Assembly (NCBI GenBank): GCA_965221125.1 | Contig: CBDCRW010000007.1 | Location: forward strand, 480,001 to 544,000 | DNA length: 64,000 nucleotides | Direction: 5' to 3' | Origin: Alphaproteobacteria bacterium | Lineage (GTDB): Bacteria > Pseudomonadota > Alphaproteobacteria > UBA828 | Part shown: one piece after another, positions 21,228-31,453 of the stretch | Layout: each line of letters opens with the position of its first letter | How positions within the stretch are numbered: the first letter of the stretch is position 1 | The notes under the pieces: model-generated | What the model saw: the letters and a program-made list of their open reading frames with translations, nothing else | What the model was told of the DNA's origin: nothing | The model's database searches: none | Position numbers and translations under genes: made by a program

Positions 21228-21337
21228 CGTGAATTCACTGGCGGCCGCCGGCAGCCGTCGCACTGCACCGACCGAGGAAAATCGCCCAAGCCGGCGAGGG
21301 GGCGAGCATTCGAGGAACGCAGGCGAGGGAGGAAAGC

Positions 21338-22645
21338 ATGCGCAAGACCAGTAACGACAAGAGCAAGACGGGCGTGAGCCGCCGCTCGGTCCTCAAGGGG
21401 ACGGCGGCCGCGGCCGGTGTCGCTGCGGCGACGCAGCTTAGCGGCGGATTCCCGACCGTGTGGTCGCAGGACATCAAGGACATCACCGTGCGTACAGTCG
21501 GCATGGCGGTGTCCAACATGAAGCCGCTCGAGGACATGGCCAACGAGGCTCTCGACTTCCAGGTCAGGCAGACCGCCGCCGAGATTCCGGCCATTCAGTC
21601 CCGCGCGCTGACGCAGCCCGACTCGGGCGACCTCTTCGAGCCGCCCTACATGCTCATGAAGTTCATGTGGCCGTCGGGCAACTTCCAGGCCTGGGACACC
21701 ACGAAGCTGCCCGAGTGGGATGCGGTGGTCGACCTCTACAAGGCGCCCGGCAAGATCTGGCCGGACGCCTGGTTCGGCGATGGCCAGAACCCGAGCACGG
21801 TGGCCTACACGTCCGGCATCGATGCGACCGACTTCGTCGACCCGGGCTCGACCCAGTGGATCACCAACCACCCGGTGCTGCACAATGCCGATACGCTCGG
21901 CATCAGGCCCGACCTGATCGGCCGGCCCATCGATACCTGGGCGGAGCTGATCAATCCGGAGTTCGCCGGCAAGGCGGCGCTCGTGGCCTTCCCGCAGATC
22001 GGCCTCATGGATGCCGCCCAGGCGTTCCAGGCCAACGGCGAGATCGAGTACGGCGACAAGGGCAACATGACCCGCGAGGAGATCGACTACTCCATCGACC
22101 GCCTCATCGAGCTCAAGGAGAATGGCCACTGGCGCGTCCTCTGGTCGACCTTCAACGAATCGGTCCAGCTCATGGTCGAGGGTGAGGTCGTCATCCAGTC
22201 CATGTGGTCGCCGGCGGTGACCGCCGTGCGTGAGCAGGGCGTGCCCTGCATCTACCAGGATCTGAAGGAAGGCTACCGCTCCTGGACCCTGGGGCATCTG
22301 CTGCCGAAGCACGTCGAAGGCAAGAAGCTCGGCGCCGTCTACGACTACGTGACCTGGTATCACTCGGGTCCGGCCGGCGCATTCTTCGCCCGCCAGGGCT
22401 ACTATGTGGTGACGCCCAGCAACACCCAGAAGTTCCTGCCCGAAGCCGAGTGGGATTTCTGGTTCGAGGGCAAGCCTGCCACGGTGGACATCTACAGCCC
22501 CTTCGGCAAGCTGATGGAGAAGCCGGGCGCGGTGCGCGACGGCGGCTCCTACAAGAACCGCATGGGCCGCGTCGCGGTGTGGAACTCGGTCATGGACGAG
22601 AACGAGTACCTCACCGACCGCTGGAACGAGTTCATCGCTGCCTGA
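21338..22645 (+). CDS. Tat-exported ABC substrate-binding protein (PotD/PotF-like)
   Basis: SRRSVLKG Tat motif; NADTLGIRPD, GEVVIQSMWSPAV. Confidence 0.88.
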   Translation: MRKTSNDKSKTGVSRRSVLKGTAAAAGVAAATQLSGGFPTVWSQDIKDITVRTVGMAVSNMKPLEDMANEALDFQVRQTAAEIPAIQSRALTQPDSGDLFEPPYMLMKFMWPSGNFQAWDTTKLPEWDAVVDLYKAPGKIWPDAWFGDGQNPSTVAYTSGIDATDFVDPGSTQWITNHPVLHNADTLGIRPDLIGRPIDTWAELINPEFAGKAALVAFPQIGLMDAAQAFQANGEIEYGDKGNMTREEIDYSIDRLIELKENGHWRVLWSTFNESVQLMVEGEVVIQSMWSPAVTAVREQGVPCIYQDLKEGYRSWTLGHLLPKHVEGKKLGAVYDYVTWYHSGPAGAFFARQGYYVVTPSNTQKFLPEAEWDFWFEGKPATVDIYSPFGKLMEKPGAVRDGGSYKNRMGRVAVWNSVMDENEYLTDRWNEFIAA

Positions 22646-22665
22646 GGCAGCGAGCCCGCAGTTGG

Positions 22666-22706
22666 GGGTGCGGGGCGCCGGGGCGCTCCGCACCCTCGCT
22701 TTCTTT
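22666..22706 (+). terminator. Stem-loop with T-rich tail after the SBP gene (terminator/mRNA stabiliser)
   Basis: GGGTGCGGGGCGCC-GG-GGCGCTCCGCACCC then CTTTCTTT. Confidence 0.6.
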
Positions 22707-22747
22707 GCTAAATTCCGAAGCCCAACAGTGGCGAAGAGTCAGCAATA

Positions 22748-23617
22748 ATGGCGGCGGTCAACGCTTTCTTGAAACGCTACGCGACGGCGCTGCAGATCTC
22801 GCCGCTGCTGATCACGCTGCTGTTCTTCCTCATCGGGCCGGTGATCGTGATCCTGATCATCAGTCTGTGGAATTTCAACGGCTTCATGATGGTGGAGGGC
22901 GACTGGACCTTCTCCAACTACATTAAATTGTTCTCGAAAAATCTGACTTTCGACAACTATGTGCAGACCTTGAAGATGCTGGCGATCACGCTGGCGATCA
23001 CGACGGTTCTCGGCTTTACTCTCGCCTATTTTCTTGTTTTCGACCTCATTCAACTCAGGACCAAGCTGCTTCTCTTCCTGCTTTGCGTCGTTCCGTTCTG
23101 GACCTCCGGCGTCATCCGCATGGTCGCCTGGATACCGTTCCTGGGGAAGGAAGGCATCATCAATCAGGCGGTGATGGCGGTTGGCATAACCGACACGCCG
23201 CTCCAATTCCTCCTGTTCTCGGAATTTGCGGTTTTCTTGTCTTACGTTCAGATATTCACGCTCTTCATGATGGCGCCGCTTTTCAACGTCATGGCGCGGA
23301 TCAACCGCGACCTGATCGAGGCGGCGCGCGATAACGGTGCCAACGGGATCCAGATCCTGTGGCACGTCATCATTCCGCTCTGCAAGCCGGGGCTTGCCAT
23401 CGGGGCGATCTTCGTCATCGCGCTGGTGGCGAGCGACTTCACGGCGATCCGCATCCTCAGCGGCGCGCGGGTCGGCACGGTCATGGCTTCGATGAGCAAC
23501 CAGATTTACAATGTGCAGTATCCGCCGGCGTCCGCCTCGGCCATCGTCCTGATGCTGGCCGTGCTGATTATCGTCGGCATCATCATGCGCCTCGTCGACG
23601 TGCGAAAGCAGCTTTAG
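22748..23617 (+). CDS. ABC permease (PotB-like)
   Basis: TM helices, PFWTS, EAARDNGA loop. Confidence 0.9.
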   Translation: MAAVNAFLKRYATALQISPLLITLLFFLIGPVIVILIISLWNFNGFMMVEGDWTFSNYIKLFSKNLTFDNYVQTLKMLAITLAITTVLGFTLAYFLVFDLIQLRTKLLLFLLCVVPFWTSGVIRMVAWIPFLGKEGIINQAVMAVGITDTPLQFLLFSEFAVFLSYVQIFTLFMMAPLFNVMARINRDLIEAARDNGANGIQILWHVIIPLCKPGLAIGAIFVIALVASDFTAIRILSGARVGTVMASMSNQIYNVQYPPASASAIVLMLAVLIIVGIIMRLVDVRKQL

Positions 23618-23619
23618 CC

Positions 23620-24483
23620 ATGGGCCACGAAACCAGACGAGCGCGGGGCTACTGGGCGCGCGCGACAATCTTCTACCTCTACCTTCTGTTCCTCTATGGG
23701 CCCATCATCATCATCGTGGTGCTCTCGTTCCAGGACGACGGCGCCTCGCTCTCCTTCCCGATGCAGGGCTTCTCGCTCTTCTGGTTCAAGGAGGTGATCG
23801 ACCCGTCCTACATCGGCGACTTCCGCTGGCCGTTCGGGCGCTCGCTCATCCTTGGCCTGATCGTGATGTTCCTCACCATGGGCATCTCGTTCCTCGCCGG
23901 TCTCGCGTTCCGCAAGAATTTTACGGGCAACATCGTGGTCTTCTACATCGTCGTGGCCAGCCTGATCTGCCCGTCGATCCTGATCAGCCTGGGCATCGGG
24001 CTGGGCTTCTCGAACCTGGGGATGACCAGCCAGTGGTGGTCCGGGGCGCTGGGCGCGCACCTGAGCTGGACGCTGCCCTTCGGCGTGCTGATCATGCTTG
24101 CGGTGTTCAGCCGGCTCGACCCGAGGCTCGAGGAAGCGGCCAAGGACCAGGGGGCGACCCAGTGGCAGACGCTCCGCAACGTGATCATCCCGATCACGCT
24201 GCCGGGGCTGATCGGTGTCGCGCTCTTCGGCTTCACGCTCTCCTACGACGAGTTCCCGCGCACGTCATCGGTGGCAGGCGAGTTCAACACGCTCCCGGTC
24301 GAGCTCGTGAACACGCTCACGCTGGCGGCGACGCCGGCGATCTACGCCATCGGCACCATGACGACCGTGTTCTCGCTCGTGGTGATCTTCGTGAGCTTCT
24401 TGGCTGTCTACATCATTCAGAAACGGCGGACCGGCGCCGGGTTCAACATCGCAAGGAAGGCCGGGAAGGCGTCGGACGGCTAG
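23620..24483 (+). CDS. ABC permease (PotC-like)
   Basis: FLYGP, LEEAAKDQGA, FTLSYDEF. Confidence 0.9.
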   Translation: MGHETRRARGYWARATIFYLYLLFLYGPIIIIVVLSFQDDGASLSFPMQGFSLFWFKEVIDPSYIGDFRWPFGRSLILGLIVMFLTMGISFLAGLAFRKNFTGNIVVFYIVVASLICPSILISLGIGLGFSNLGMTSQWWSGALGAHLSWTLPFGVLIMLAVFSRLDPRLEEAAKDQGATQWQTLRNVIIPITLPGLIGVALFGFTLSYDEFPRTSSVAGEFNTLPVELVNTLTLAATPAIYAIGTMTTVFSLVVIFVSFLAVYIIQKRRTGAGFNIARKAGKASDG

Positions 24484-24597
24484 GCCGGGCGGCCATCGCG
24501 GGCAGAGGCCGGCGCGGAGCCCTGAGGGCCGCCGGCCGCCGCGGCGCGCTTGCCCGGCTGCGCGCGTATCCGAACCCGGCGACCGGAAGGAGGAAGC

Positions 24598-26652
24598 ATG
24601 GCTTTTCGCTTAGGCGTCGACGTCGGCGGCACGTTTACCGATCTCCTGCTGATCGACGAATCGAGCGGCGGCACCTTCCGCGCGAAGGTGCCCTCCACCC
24701 CGCACGATTCCTCGATCGGCGTGCTCAACGGCATCGAGCGGGTGTGCGACACCGCCGGCGTCGAGCCGGCCCAGATCACCCACGTCATGCACGGCACGAC
24801 GGTCGCCACCAACACCATCCTCGAAGGCAAGGGCGCCAAGGTCGGCCTGGTGACCAGCGAGGGCTACGGGCAGATGCTGCAGATCGCCCGCTCCTTCGTG
24901 CCCGGCATCCTCGCCGGCTGGATCATCTGGCCGAAGCCCGAGCCGCTGGCGCCGCTGGAGCTGACGGTCGAGGCCAGGGAGCGCACCAGTGCGCGCGGCG
25001 AGGTCGTCCGCGAGCTGAACGAGGACGACCTGCGCGAGAAGCTGGGCCACCTCAAGGCGCAGGGGATCGAGGCGCTGACCGTCTGCCTGATGAACGCGTA
25101 TGCGGGCGGCATCCACGAGGAGCAGATCCGCGCGGTCGCTGCTGAGGTGATGCCCGGCCTGCCGGTCTCCATCTCCTCCGAGGTGCTGCCGGAGATGTAC
25201 GAGTACGAGCGCGCCATCACCACGGTCGCCAACTCCTACGTGGCGCCGGTGGTGCAGGTCTACGTCAGCAACCTGGAGCAGGAGCTGAAGCAGCGGAAGA
25301 TCGACGCCCACCTGCACATCCTGCGCTCGGACGGCGGCCTCGCCTCGGTCGACGCGAGCCGCAACTCGCCGGTGAACGTGCTGATGAGCGGCCCGGCCGG
25401 CGGCGTCGCCGGCGCGCTCTGGATCGCCAAGCAGGCCGGCTACCGCAACCTGCTCACCCTCGACATGGGCGGCACGTCGACCGACGTAGCCCTGATCCTC
25501 GACGGCGTGCCGCGCAAGCGGCGCGAGACCACGGTGGGCGACGTGACCGTGCGCGCGCCTTCGCTCGACGTGCGGACCGTGGGCGCGGGCGGCGGCTCGA
25601 TCGCCCACGTGCCCGAGATCACCCGCGCGCTCCGCGTCGGGCCGCAGAGCGCGGGCGCCAATCCCGGCCCGGCGGCCTACGGGATGGGCGGCGACCAGCC
25701 GACCGTGACCGACGCCAACGTCGTGCTCGGCTACCTGCCGAGCGAGCTGATCGGCGGCGAGATGCAGCTCGATGTCGACGCGGCCACCGACGCGGTGCAG
25801 ACCGTGGCCACGGCCCTGGGTCTCGATCTCAAGCGGGCCGCCGCCGGGATCATCGACATCGTGAACGAGAACATGTTCGGCGCGCTCCGGCTGGTCTCGG
25901 TGCAGCAGGGCTTCGATCCGCGCGACTTCGCGCTGATCGCCTTCGGCGGCGCCGGGCCCCTGCACGCCAACGCGCTCGCCAAGCTGATGAACTCGTGGCC
26001 GGTCATCATCCCGCCCTCGCCCGGCGTGCTCTGCGCCTACGGCGATGCGACGACGCGGGTCACCGACGAGGCCTCCATGAGCTTCGTGCGCCGCTTCTCG
26101 GAGACCTCCGACGCCGAGGTGCGCGGCATTCTCGACGATCTCGAGACCCGCGCCCGGCAGGAGCTGGATGCCGAGGGCATCGCGCGCGAGGACCAGTCCG
26201 TGCAGTACGAGGTGGACCTGCGCTACCACGGCCAGGGGCTGCAGCTTCCGGTGAGCTTTTCCGGGGACGAGTTCGAGAAGAACGGGCTCGGCTACCTCGC
26301 CAGGCAGTTCGACGACGAGCACACGCAGCTCTTCACCTTCGCGCTCGATGCCGAGCACGAGATCGTTACGCTGCGCGCCATCGTGCAGGGCGCCGAGACC
26401 TTCGTCGAGGCCGGCCACGTGGCGGAGGGCGGGGCCGACCCGTCGGCGGCCAAGGTTGCGAGCGGCACGGTTTACGTCGACAATCGCGACCGGGACGCCG
26501 CGATCTACGACCGCGCGAAGCTTGAGGCCGGCAACAGGATCGAGGGGCCGGCGATCGTGACCGAGATGGATTCGACCACCGTCATCCTGCCGGGCCACGT
26601 CGGCGTGGTCGACGGCTACGGCAACATCATCATCAACCCGATCGGCCACTGA
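24598..26652 (+). CDS. Hydantoinase A/5-oxoprolinase family subunit
   Basis: GVDVGGTFTD, HGTTVATN, SGPAGG, DMGGTSTD, GAGGGS, TVTDAN. Confidence 0.94.
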   Translation: MAFRLGVDVGGTFTDLLLIDESSGGTFRAKVPSTPHDSSIGVLNGIERVCDTAGVEPAQITHVMHGTTVATNTILEGKGAKVGLVTSEGYGQMLQIARSFVPGILAGWIIWPKPEPLAPLELTVEARERTSARGEVVRELNEDDLREKLGHLKAQGIEALTVCLMNAYAGGIHEEQIRAVAAEVMPGLPVSISSEVLPEMYEYERAITTVANSYVAPVVQVYVSNLEQELKQRKIDAHLHILRSDGGLASVDASRNSPVNVLMSGPAGGVAGALWIAKQAGYRNLLTLDMGGTSTDVALILDGVPRKRRETTVGDVTVRAPSLDVRTVGAGGGSIAHVPEITRALRVGPQSAGANPGPAAYGMGGDQPTVTDANVVLGYLPSELIGGEMQLDVDAATDAVQTVATALGLDLKRAAAGIIDIVNENMFGALRLVSVQQGFDPRDFALIAFGGAGPLHANALAKLMNSWPVIIPPSPGVLCAYGDATTRVTDEASMSFVRRFSETSDAEVRGILDDLETRARQELDAEGIAREDQSVQYEVDLRYHGQGLQLPVSFSGDEFEKNGLGYLARQFDDEHTQLFTFALDAEHEIVTLRAIVQGAETFVEAGHVAEGGADPSAAKVASGTVYVDNRDRDAAIYDRAKLEAGNRIEGPAIVTEMDSTTVILPGHVGVVDGYGNIIINPIGH

Positions 26653-26669
26653 GACTGGGGAGGAGCGAC

Positions 26670-28595
26670 ATGCCAGTCACTATCGTTCAGACCAACGACG
26701 CACCCTTCGAGCCGGTCGACATCGACCCGATCACTCTCGACATCATCGAGAGCGCGCTGCGCAGCGCCCGCTACGAGATGGACGCCGTGCTCTACCGCAC
26801 CGCCATGTCGCCGGGAATCCGGGAGCAGCACGACGAGTTCCCGATGATCGCGAACCCCGAGGGCAAGATGGTGGTGGGCCAGTTCGGCTCGTTCATCCAC
26901 GGCTTCAAGCGGGAGTACGACGGGACCATCGAGGAGGGCGACATCTTCCTCACCTCCGATCCCTACAGCTGCGCCGGCGCCATCAGCCACGCGCCGGACT
27001 GGCTGATCCTGCGCCCGGTCTACCGCGACGGCCGGCTCATCGCCTACGCCTCGATGTTCGGCCACATGACCGACGTCGGCGGCAAGGTGCCGGGGAGCCT
27101 GCCCACCGACGCCAACCAGATCTACGAGGAAGGCGTCGTCATCCCGGTGGTCAAGATCTACAAGAACGACGAGCTGCAGGAGGACGTGCTCAAGGTCATC
27201 CTGCACCAGTGCCGGATGCCGCAGTGGAACCGGAGCGACTTCAACGCGCTGGTCGCCGCCGTGCGCCTCGCCGAGAAGCGCATTCACGAGCTTTGCGACC
27301 GCTTCGGCGTCGATACCCTGATCGGGGCGATGGGCGAGCTGCTGGAACGCAACCGCCGCGCCATGCTGCACCTCATCCGCAACACCGTGGGCGAGGACGA
27401 GACCCTCTACTTCGAGGACTACATCTGCGACGACGGCCTCGGCATGGGGCCGTACAAGATGGCGTGCAAGATGTGGCGCGACGGCGACGTGCTGGTCTTC
27501 GACTTCGACGGCACCGATCCGCAGTCGGAAAGCTCGATCAACTTCTTCCTCAACGAGGAAATGTTCAAGATGTTCGTCGGCGTCTACATGATCAACGTCT
27601 TCGATCCGCAGATCATGTTCAACGACGGCTTCTACGACCACGTCGACGTGCGGATTCCGCCGGGCACGCTGCTGAAGCCGCTGAAGCCCGCCGCGCTCTC
27701 GTCGCGCACCCATGCGCTGGGGCGCATCTTCGACGTGCTCGGCGGCCTGCTCGGCCAGCGCGCGCCCAACCTCATGGTGGCGGCCGGTTTTTCGGACAGC
27801 CCGCACTTCATGTACTCGGGCTATTCGAGCGAGGGCGAGTGGTACCAGCTCTACCAGATCGGCTTCGGCGGGATTCCCGGCCGGCCGGCGGGCGACGGCC
27901 CCGACGGGCACTCGCTCTGGCCCTCCTTCACCAACGTGCCGAACGAGTTCCTGGAGGCGTACTTCCCGCTCCGCATCGAGGTCTACGAGACCATCGCGGA
28001 TTCAGGCGGGCCGGGGCTGCATCGGGGCGGCAACGGCGTCACCATCGGCTACCGGGCGCTCGAGCCCGGCGAGATGTCGCTGCACGACGACCGCTGGCTC
28101 ACCTACCCGTGGGGTGTGAACGGCGGCCTGCCGGGCGGGCGCAGCCGGAAGGAGATCCACCGCGCGGACGGCACATTCGAGGTGCTGCCGTCCAAGTGCG
28201 ACCACGTGAAGGTCGAGGCCGGCGACCTGCTGCTCTTCAAGACCTGGGGCGGCGGCGGCTGGGGCGACCCGTACGAGCGCGACCCGGCGCTGGTGGCGCT
28301 GGAGGTCGAGCGCGGGCTGGTCACGCGGGCCGGCGCCGAGCGCTACGGCGTGGTGCTGCGGGACGATCTGATGGTGGACGAAGAGGCGACGCAAGCGCTT
28401 CGCGAAAAGCTCCGCGCCGCACGCGGCGAGGTCAAGCTCTTCGATCGCGGCGGCACCGTGGAGGAGCTGCGCGGGCGCTGCCTGGACGAGACCGAGCTTG
28501 CGCCGCCCAAGCCGCCGGAGTTCAACCGGCGCGTGCTGCGCTTCCTGCAGGAGCGCGAAGCCAAGGCCGCCGAGGCCGGCGCCGCAGCGGAGTAG
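26670..28595 (+). CDS. Hydantoinase B/5-oxoprolinase family subunit
   Basis: DPITLDII, HAPD, HMTDVGG, DSGG.G.HRGG, GGGGWGDP. Confidence 0.94.
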   Translation: MPVTIVQTNDAPFEPVDIDPITLDIIESALRSARYEMDAVLYRTAMSPGIREQHDEFPMIANPEGKMVVGQFGSFIHGFKREYDGTIEEGDIFLTSDPYSCAGAISHAPDWLILRPVYRDGRLIAYASMFGHMTDVGGKVPGSLPTDANQIYEEGVVIPVVKIYKNDELQEDVLKVILHQCRMPQWNRSDFNALVAAVRLAEKRIHELCDRFGVDTLIGAMGELLERNRRAMLHLIRNTVGEDETLYFEDYICDDGLGMGPYKMACKMWRDGDVLVFDFDGTDPQSESSINFFLNEEMFKMFVGVYMINVFDPQIMFNDGFYDHVDVRIPPGTLLKPLKPAALSSRTHALGRIFDVLGGLLGQRAPNLMVAAGFSDSPHFMYSGYSSEGEWYQLYQIGFGGIPGRPAGDGPDGHSLWPSFTNVPNEFLEAYFPLRIEVYETIADSGGPGLHRGGNGVTIGYRALEPGEMSLHDDRWLTYPWGVNGGLPGGRSRKEIHRADGTFEVLPSKCDHVKVEAGDLLLFKTWGGGGWGDPYERDPALVALEVERGLVTRAGAERYGVVLRDDLMVDEEATQALREKLRAARGEVKLFDRGGTVEELRGRCLDETELAPPKPPEFNRRVLRFLQEREAKAAEAGAAAE

Positions 28596-28679
28596 GGCGC
28601 CCGGCCCACCTCAGCGACGACGGGCCCTGCCGGAGACGGCGGGGCCTTCGTCTGTTCCGGCCGGCTCGGAGGCGGCCGG

Positions 28680-30422
28680 TCAAGCCACCGCGGGGCGTGC
28701 GACGTCGCGTCCGCGCGCGTCCACCGCGCGCTGGTACGACATCAGCGCATGGTGCAGGCCGTCTCCCGGATAGCGGAACGCTTCGGGTATGGAGTCGTAG
28801 TGCCGCCGGGCGCGCTCGAACGACGCCTGTCGGCGGCTCCCGAATTCCTCCGCCGCCGAAGCGGGACCAGGAGCGGCCGCCTGAAATCTCTCCAGCTCCA
28901 CCCTGAGGAAGCTCAGAAAGTCGTGGATGGCGATCTGCTGACGGCCGATCCGCTCGAAGTGGTGCCCCATGGCCGCCAGGTAGATCGCGTCCCCGAGCAT
29001 ACGCGGATGGTCCCTGGTCACCTTGCCGATGAACTTAGAGAAGGCGGGGATCTGTTTGGCGGAGAGGCAGCGGCGCACGCCCATGAGGGCGCCAAAAATC
29101 TCGTCCTTGCTCCTCGGTTTGCGCAGGTGCGGGGCAGGCTTCCAGTGCCGGAACAGGGTCAGGCAGCGCTCGAAGTAGCTCTCCAGTGTGGGATCGTAGA
29201 GCGAGGCGATCACCCGCTTGTATCCCTCGATCAGCGTCCGGTAGTCCATCTCCGTCCTGAAATTGAGGGACATGGCGTTGGTGCCGATCGGCGACTCGAG
29301 AAGCCGGTTCTCCGCCTTCATGCGCTCGTACATGTCCGTGCCCTTCAGGGCGGTCAGCAGGTAGATGGGCGCCACGGGAATGCCGGTCTGCTGGATGAAC
29401 TCGATCTGGGCGTCGAACACGCCCTCGCCGTCGCTATCCAGGCCCAGGATGAAACCGCCCTGCACCTGCATCCCGCACTGCTGGATCTTGCGGACGGCGC
29501 TGAAGAGGTAGTTCTCTTCGGTCTTGCTGGTGTTCTGCTGCTTCTTGGTCTTGATCAGGGCCTCGGGGTTGGGGGTCTCGATGCCGACGAACACGGTGTC
29601 GAAGCCGGCCTCGATCATGGCGTCCATCAGCTCTTCCAGCAGCGCGAGATTGGCACTCGCTTCCGTAATCAGCGTGAACGGATACCCCTTGGCCTTCTGC
29701 CACGCGGCGATCGCCGGCAGCAGGTTCATGGCATCGCGCTTGTTGCCGATGAAGTTGTCGTCGACCAGGAAGACGGGGCCGCGCCAGCCCAGCCGATAGA
29801 GCGAGTCCAGCTCGGCCACGACCTGCTCCGGCGCCTTGGTGCGCGGCACGCGGCCGTAGAGCTTGATGATGTCGCAGAACTCGCAGTCGAACGGGCAACC
29901 GCGGGAGAACTGCACGCTCATCGTGGCGTAGATATTCATGTCGATGAGGTCGAAGCGCGGGATCGGCGTGCCGGTCACGGCCGGCTTGCCGGTCTCCCGG
30001 TAGAGGGGTTTTGCCGTGCCCTCTTCCAGGTCCCGAAGGAATTCCGCGAATATCTCCTCCACCTCGCCCAGCACGAAGTGGTCCACGCCGGGGATGTCCT
30101 CGTGAAACGTGGTCGGGTGCGGCCCGCCGGCCACCACCGGAACGCCCGCGTCGTTGCAGCGCTCGACCACGGCTTGCAGCGACAGGTGGTGCGTGATCAT
30201 CGTGGACGTGAACACCAGGTCCGCCCACGCGAGGTCGGCGTCCTGCAGGGCGGTCACGTTCATGTCCACCACGCGGAGCGCGTAGTGCGGCGGGAACATC
30301 GCGGCGACGGTCAGCAGCCCCAGAGGCGGAAAGGTCGCCTTGATCCCCGACATCTCGAGCGCGTAGTCGGCCCCCCAGAAGGTGGGCGGCTGCTCCGGGT
30401 AGACGAGCAGAGCGTTTGGCAT
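28680..30422 (-). CDS. B12-binding domain radical SAM protein (DUF4070-type)
   Basis: PPLGLLTVAA, GGPHPT, SRGCPFDCEFC (CxxxCxxC), VDDNFIGN, GFILGLD. Confidence 0.92.
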   Translation of the reverse strand: MPNALLVYPEQPPTFWGADYALEMSGIKATFPPLGLLTVAAMFPPHYALRVVDMNVTALQDADLAWADLVFTSTMITHHLSLQAVVERCNDAGVPVVAGGPHPTTFHEDIPGVDHFVLGEVEEIFAEFLRDLEEGTAKPLYRETGKPAVTGTPIPRFDLIDMNIYATMSVQFSRGCPFDCEFCDIIKLYGRVPRTKAPEQVVAELDSLYRLGWRGPVFLVDDNFIGNKRDAMNLLPAIAAWQKAKGYPFTLITEASANLALLEELMDAMIEAGFDTVFVGIETPNPEALIKTKKQQNTSKTEENYLFSAVRKIQQCGMQVQGGFILGLDSDGEGVFDAQIEFIQQTGIPVAPIYLLTALKGTDMYERMKAENRLLESPIGTNAMSLNFRTEMDYRTLIEGYKRVIASLYDPTLESYFERCLTLFRHWKPAPHLRKPRSKDEIFGALMGVRRCLSAKQIPAFSKFIGKVTRDHPRMLGDAIYLAAMGHHFERIGRQQIAIHDFLSFLRVELERFQAAAPGPASAAEEFGSRRQASFERARRHYDSIPEAFRYPGDGLHHALMSYQRAVDARGRDVARPAVA

Positions 30423-30495
30423 GGTCGTGACCGGCCCCTGTCACCTGGCCGGCTGGAATGTTAGTGCATTGCTGGCCTCCCGGCCAAGCGGTCGG

Positions 30496-31389
30496 TCACT
30501 CCACCGCCTCGGCCTCCGGGCGGGCCCAGCGGCGCTCGAAGGCCCAGACGTCCTCGAAGCCCATCAGCGTGTGCATCTCGGGCAGCGAGATCATCGGCGC
30601 ATCCACGTTGGCGGTCGAGCCGTCGCGCAGGAGCGCCTCGAACGCGCGCTTCATGGAGCCGGCCGCCGGCAGCATGCCGATGGCGGGGTAGATCGCGATG
30701 TTGAAGCCGAGCGCCTGAAGCCTGTCAGCGGGCACGATGGGGGTCTTGCCGCTGTCCACCATGTTGGCGAGCAGCGGCTTGTCGATGGTCTCGCCGATGC
30801 GCGCGATCTCGTCCTCGTTCTCCGGCGCTTCGATGAAGATCACGTCGGCGCCGGCGTCCGCGAAGGCTTGGCCGCGCGCGAGCGCCTCGTCGAGGCCGAG
30901 GCTCGTGCGCGCGTCGGTGCGCGCGATGATGAGGAAGTCGGGGTCGCGGCGCGCGTCTGCGGCGACCTTGATCTTCTCCAGCATGTCTTCGACGGGAACC
31001 ACGCGGCGGCCCGGCGTATGGCCGCATTTTTTGGGCATCTCCTGGTCTTCGAGCTGGATCGCGGAGCAGCCCGCGTCCTCGTAGCCCTGCACCGTGTGGC
31101 GGACGTTCAACAGGCCGCCGAAGCCGGTGTCGGCGTCGCAGATGAGCGGCGAGGCGGTGCCGCCCGCGATGGTGCGGACCCGGCTCACGACGTCGGCGTA
31201 GCTCGCGATGCCCGCGTCCGGCAGGCCGAGGTGCGAGGCGGCGACGCCGTAGCCGGTCATGTAGAGCGCGCGGAAGCCGATGCTGTCGGCGACCTTGGCG
31301 GAGATCATGTCGTAGACGCCGGGCGCCACGACGAAGTGGCCCTCCCGGACCGCGCCGGCGAGCGCGGCGCGCTTCTCGCTCGCATTCAT
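30496..31389 (-). CDS. Isocitrate lyase/PEP mutase family enzyme (2,3-dimethylmalate lyase-like)
   Basis: DADTGFGG, QLEDQ..PKKCGH, IIARTDA. Confidence 0.92.
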   Translation of the reverse strand: MNASEKRAALAGAVREGHFVVAPGVYDMISAKVADSIGFRALYMTGYGVAASHLGLPDAGIASYADVVSRVRTIAGGTASPLICDADTGFGGLLNVRHTVQGYEDAGCSAIQLEDQEMPKKCGHTPGRRVVPVEDMLEKIKVAADARRDPDFLIIARTDARTSLGLDEALARGQAFADAGADVIFIEAPENEDEIARIGETIDKPLLANMVDSGKTPIVPADRLQALGFNIAIYPAIGMLPAAGSMKRAFEALLRDGSTANVDAPMISLPEMHTLMGFEDVWAFERRWARPEAEAVE

Positions 31390-31453
31390 GGTCTTTCCTC
31401 CATCAAGCCCGGATCGGTCGCGATTGAGCCGGCGTTCCGGGCGGCAACGCGGT

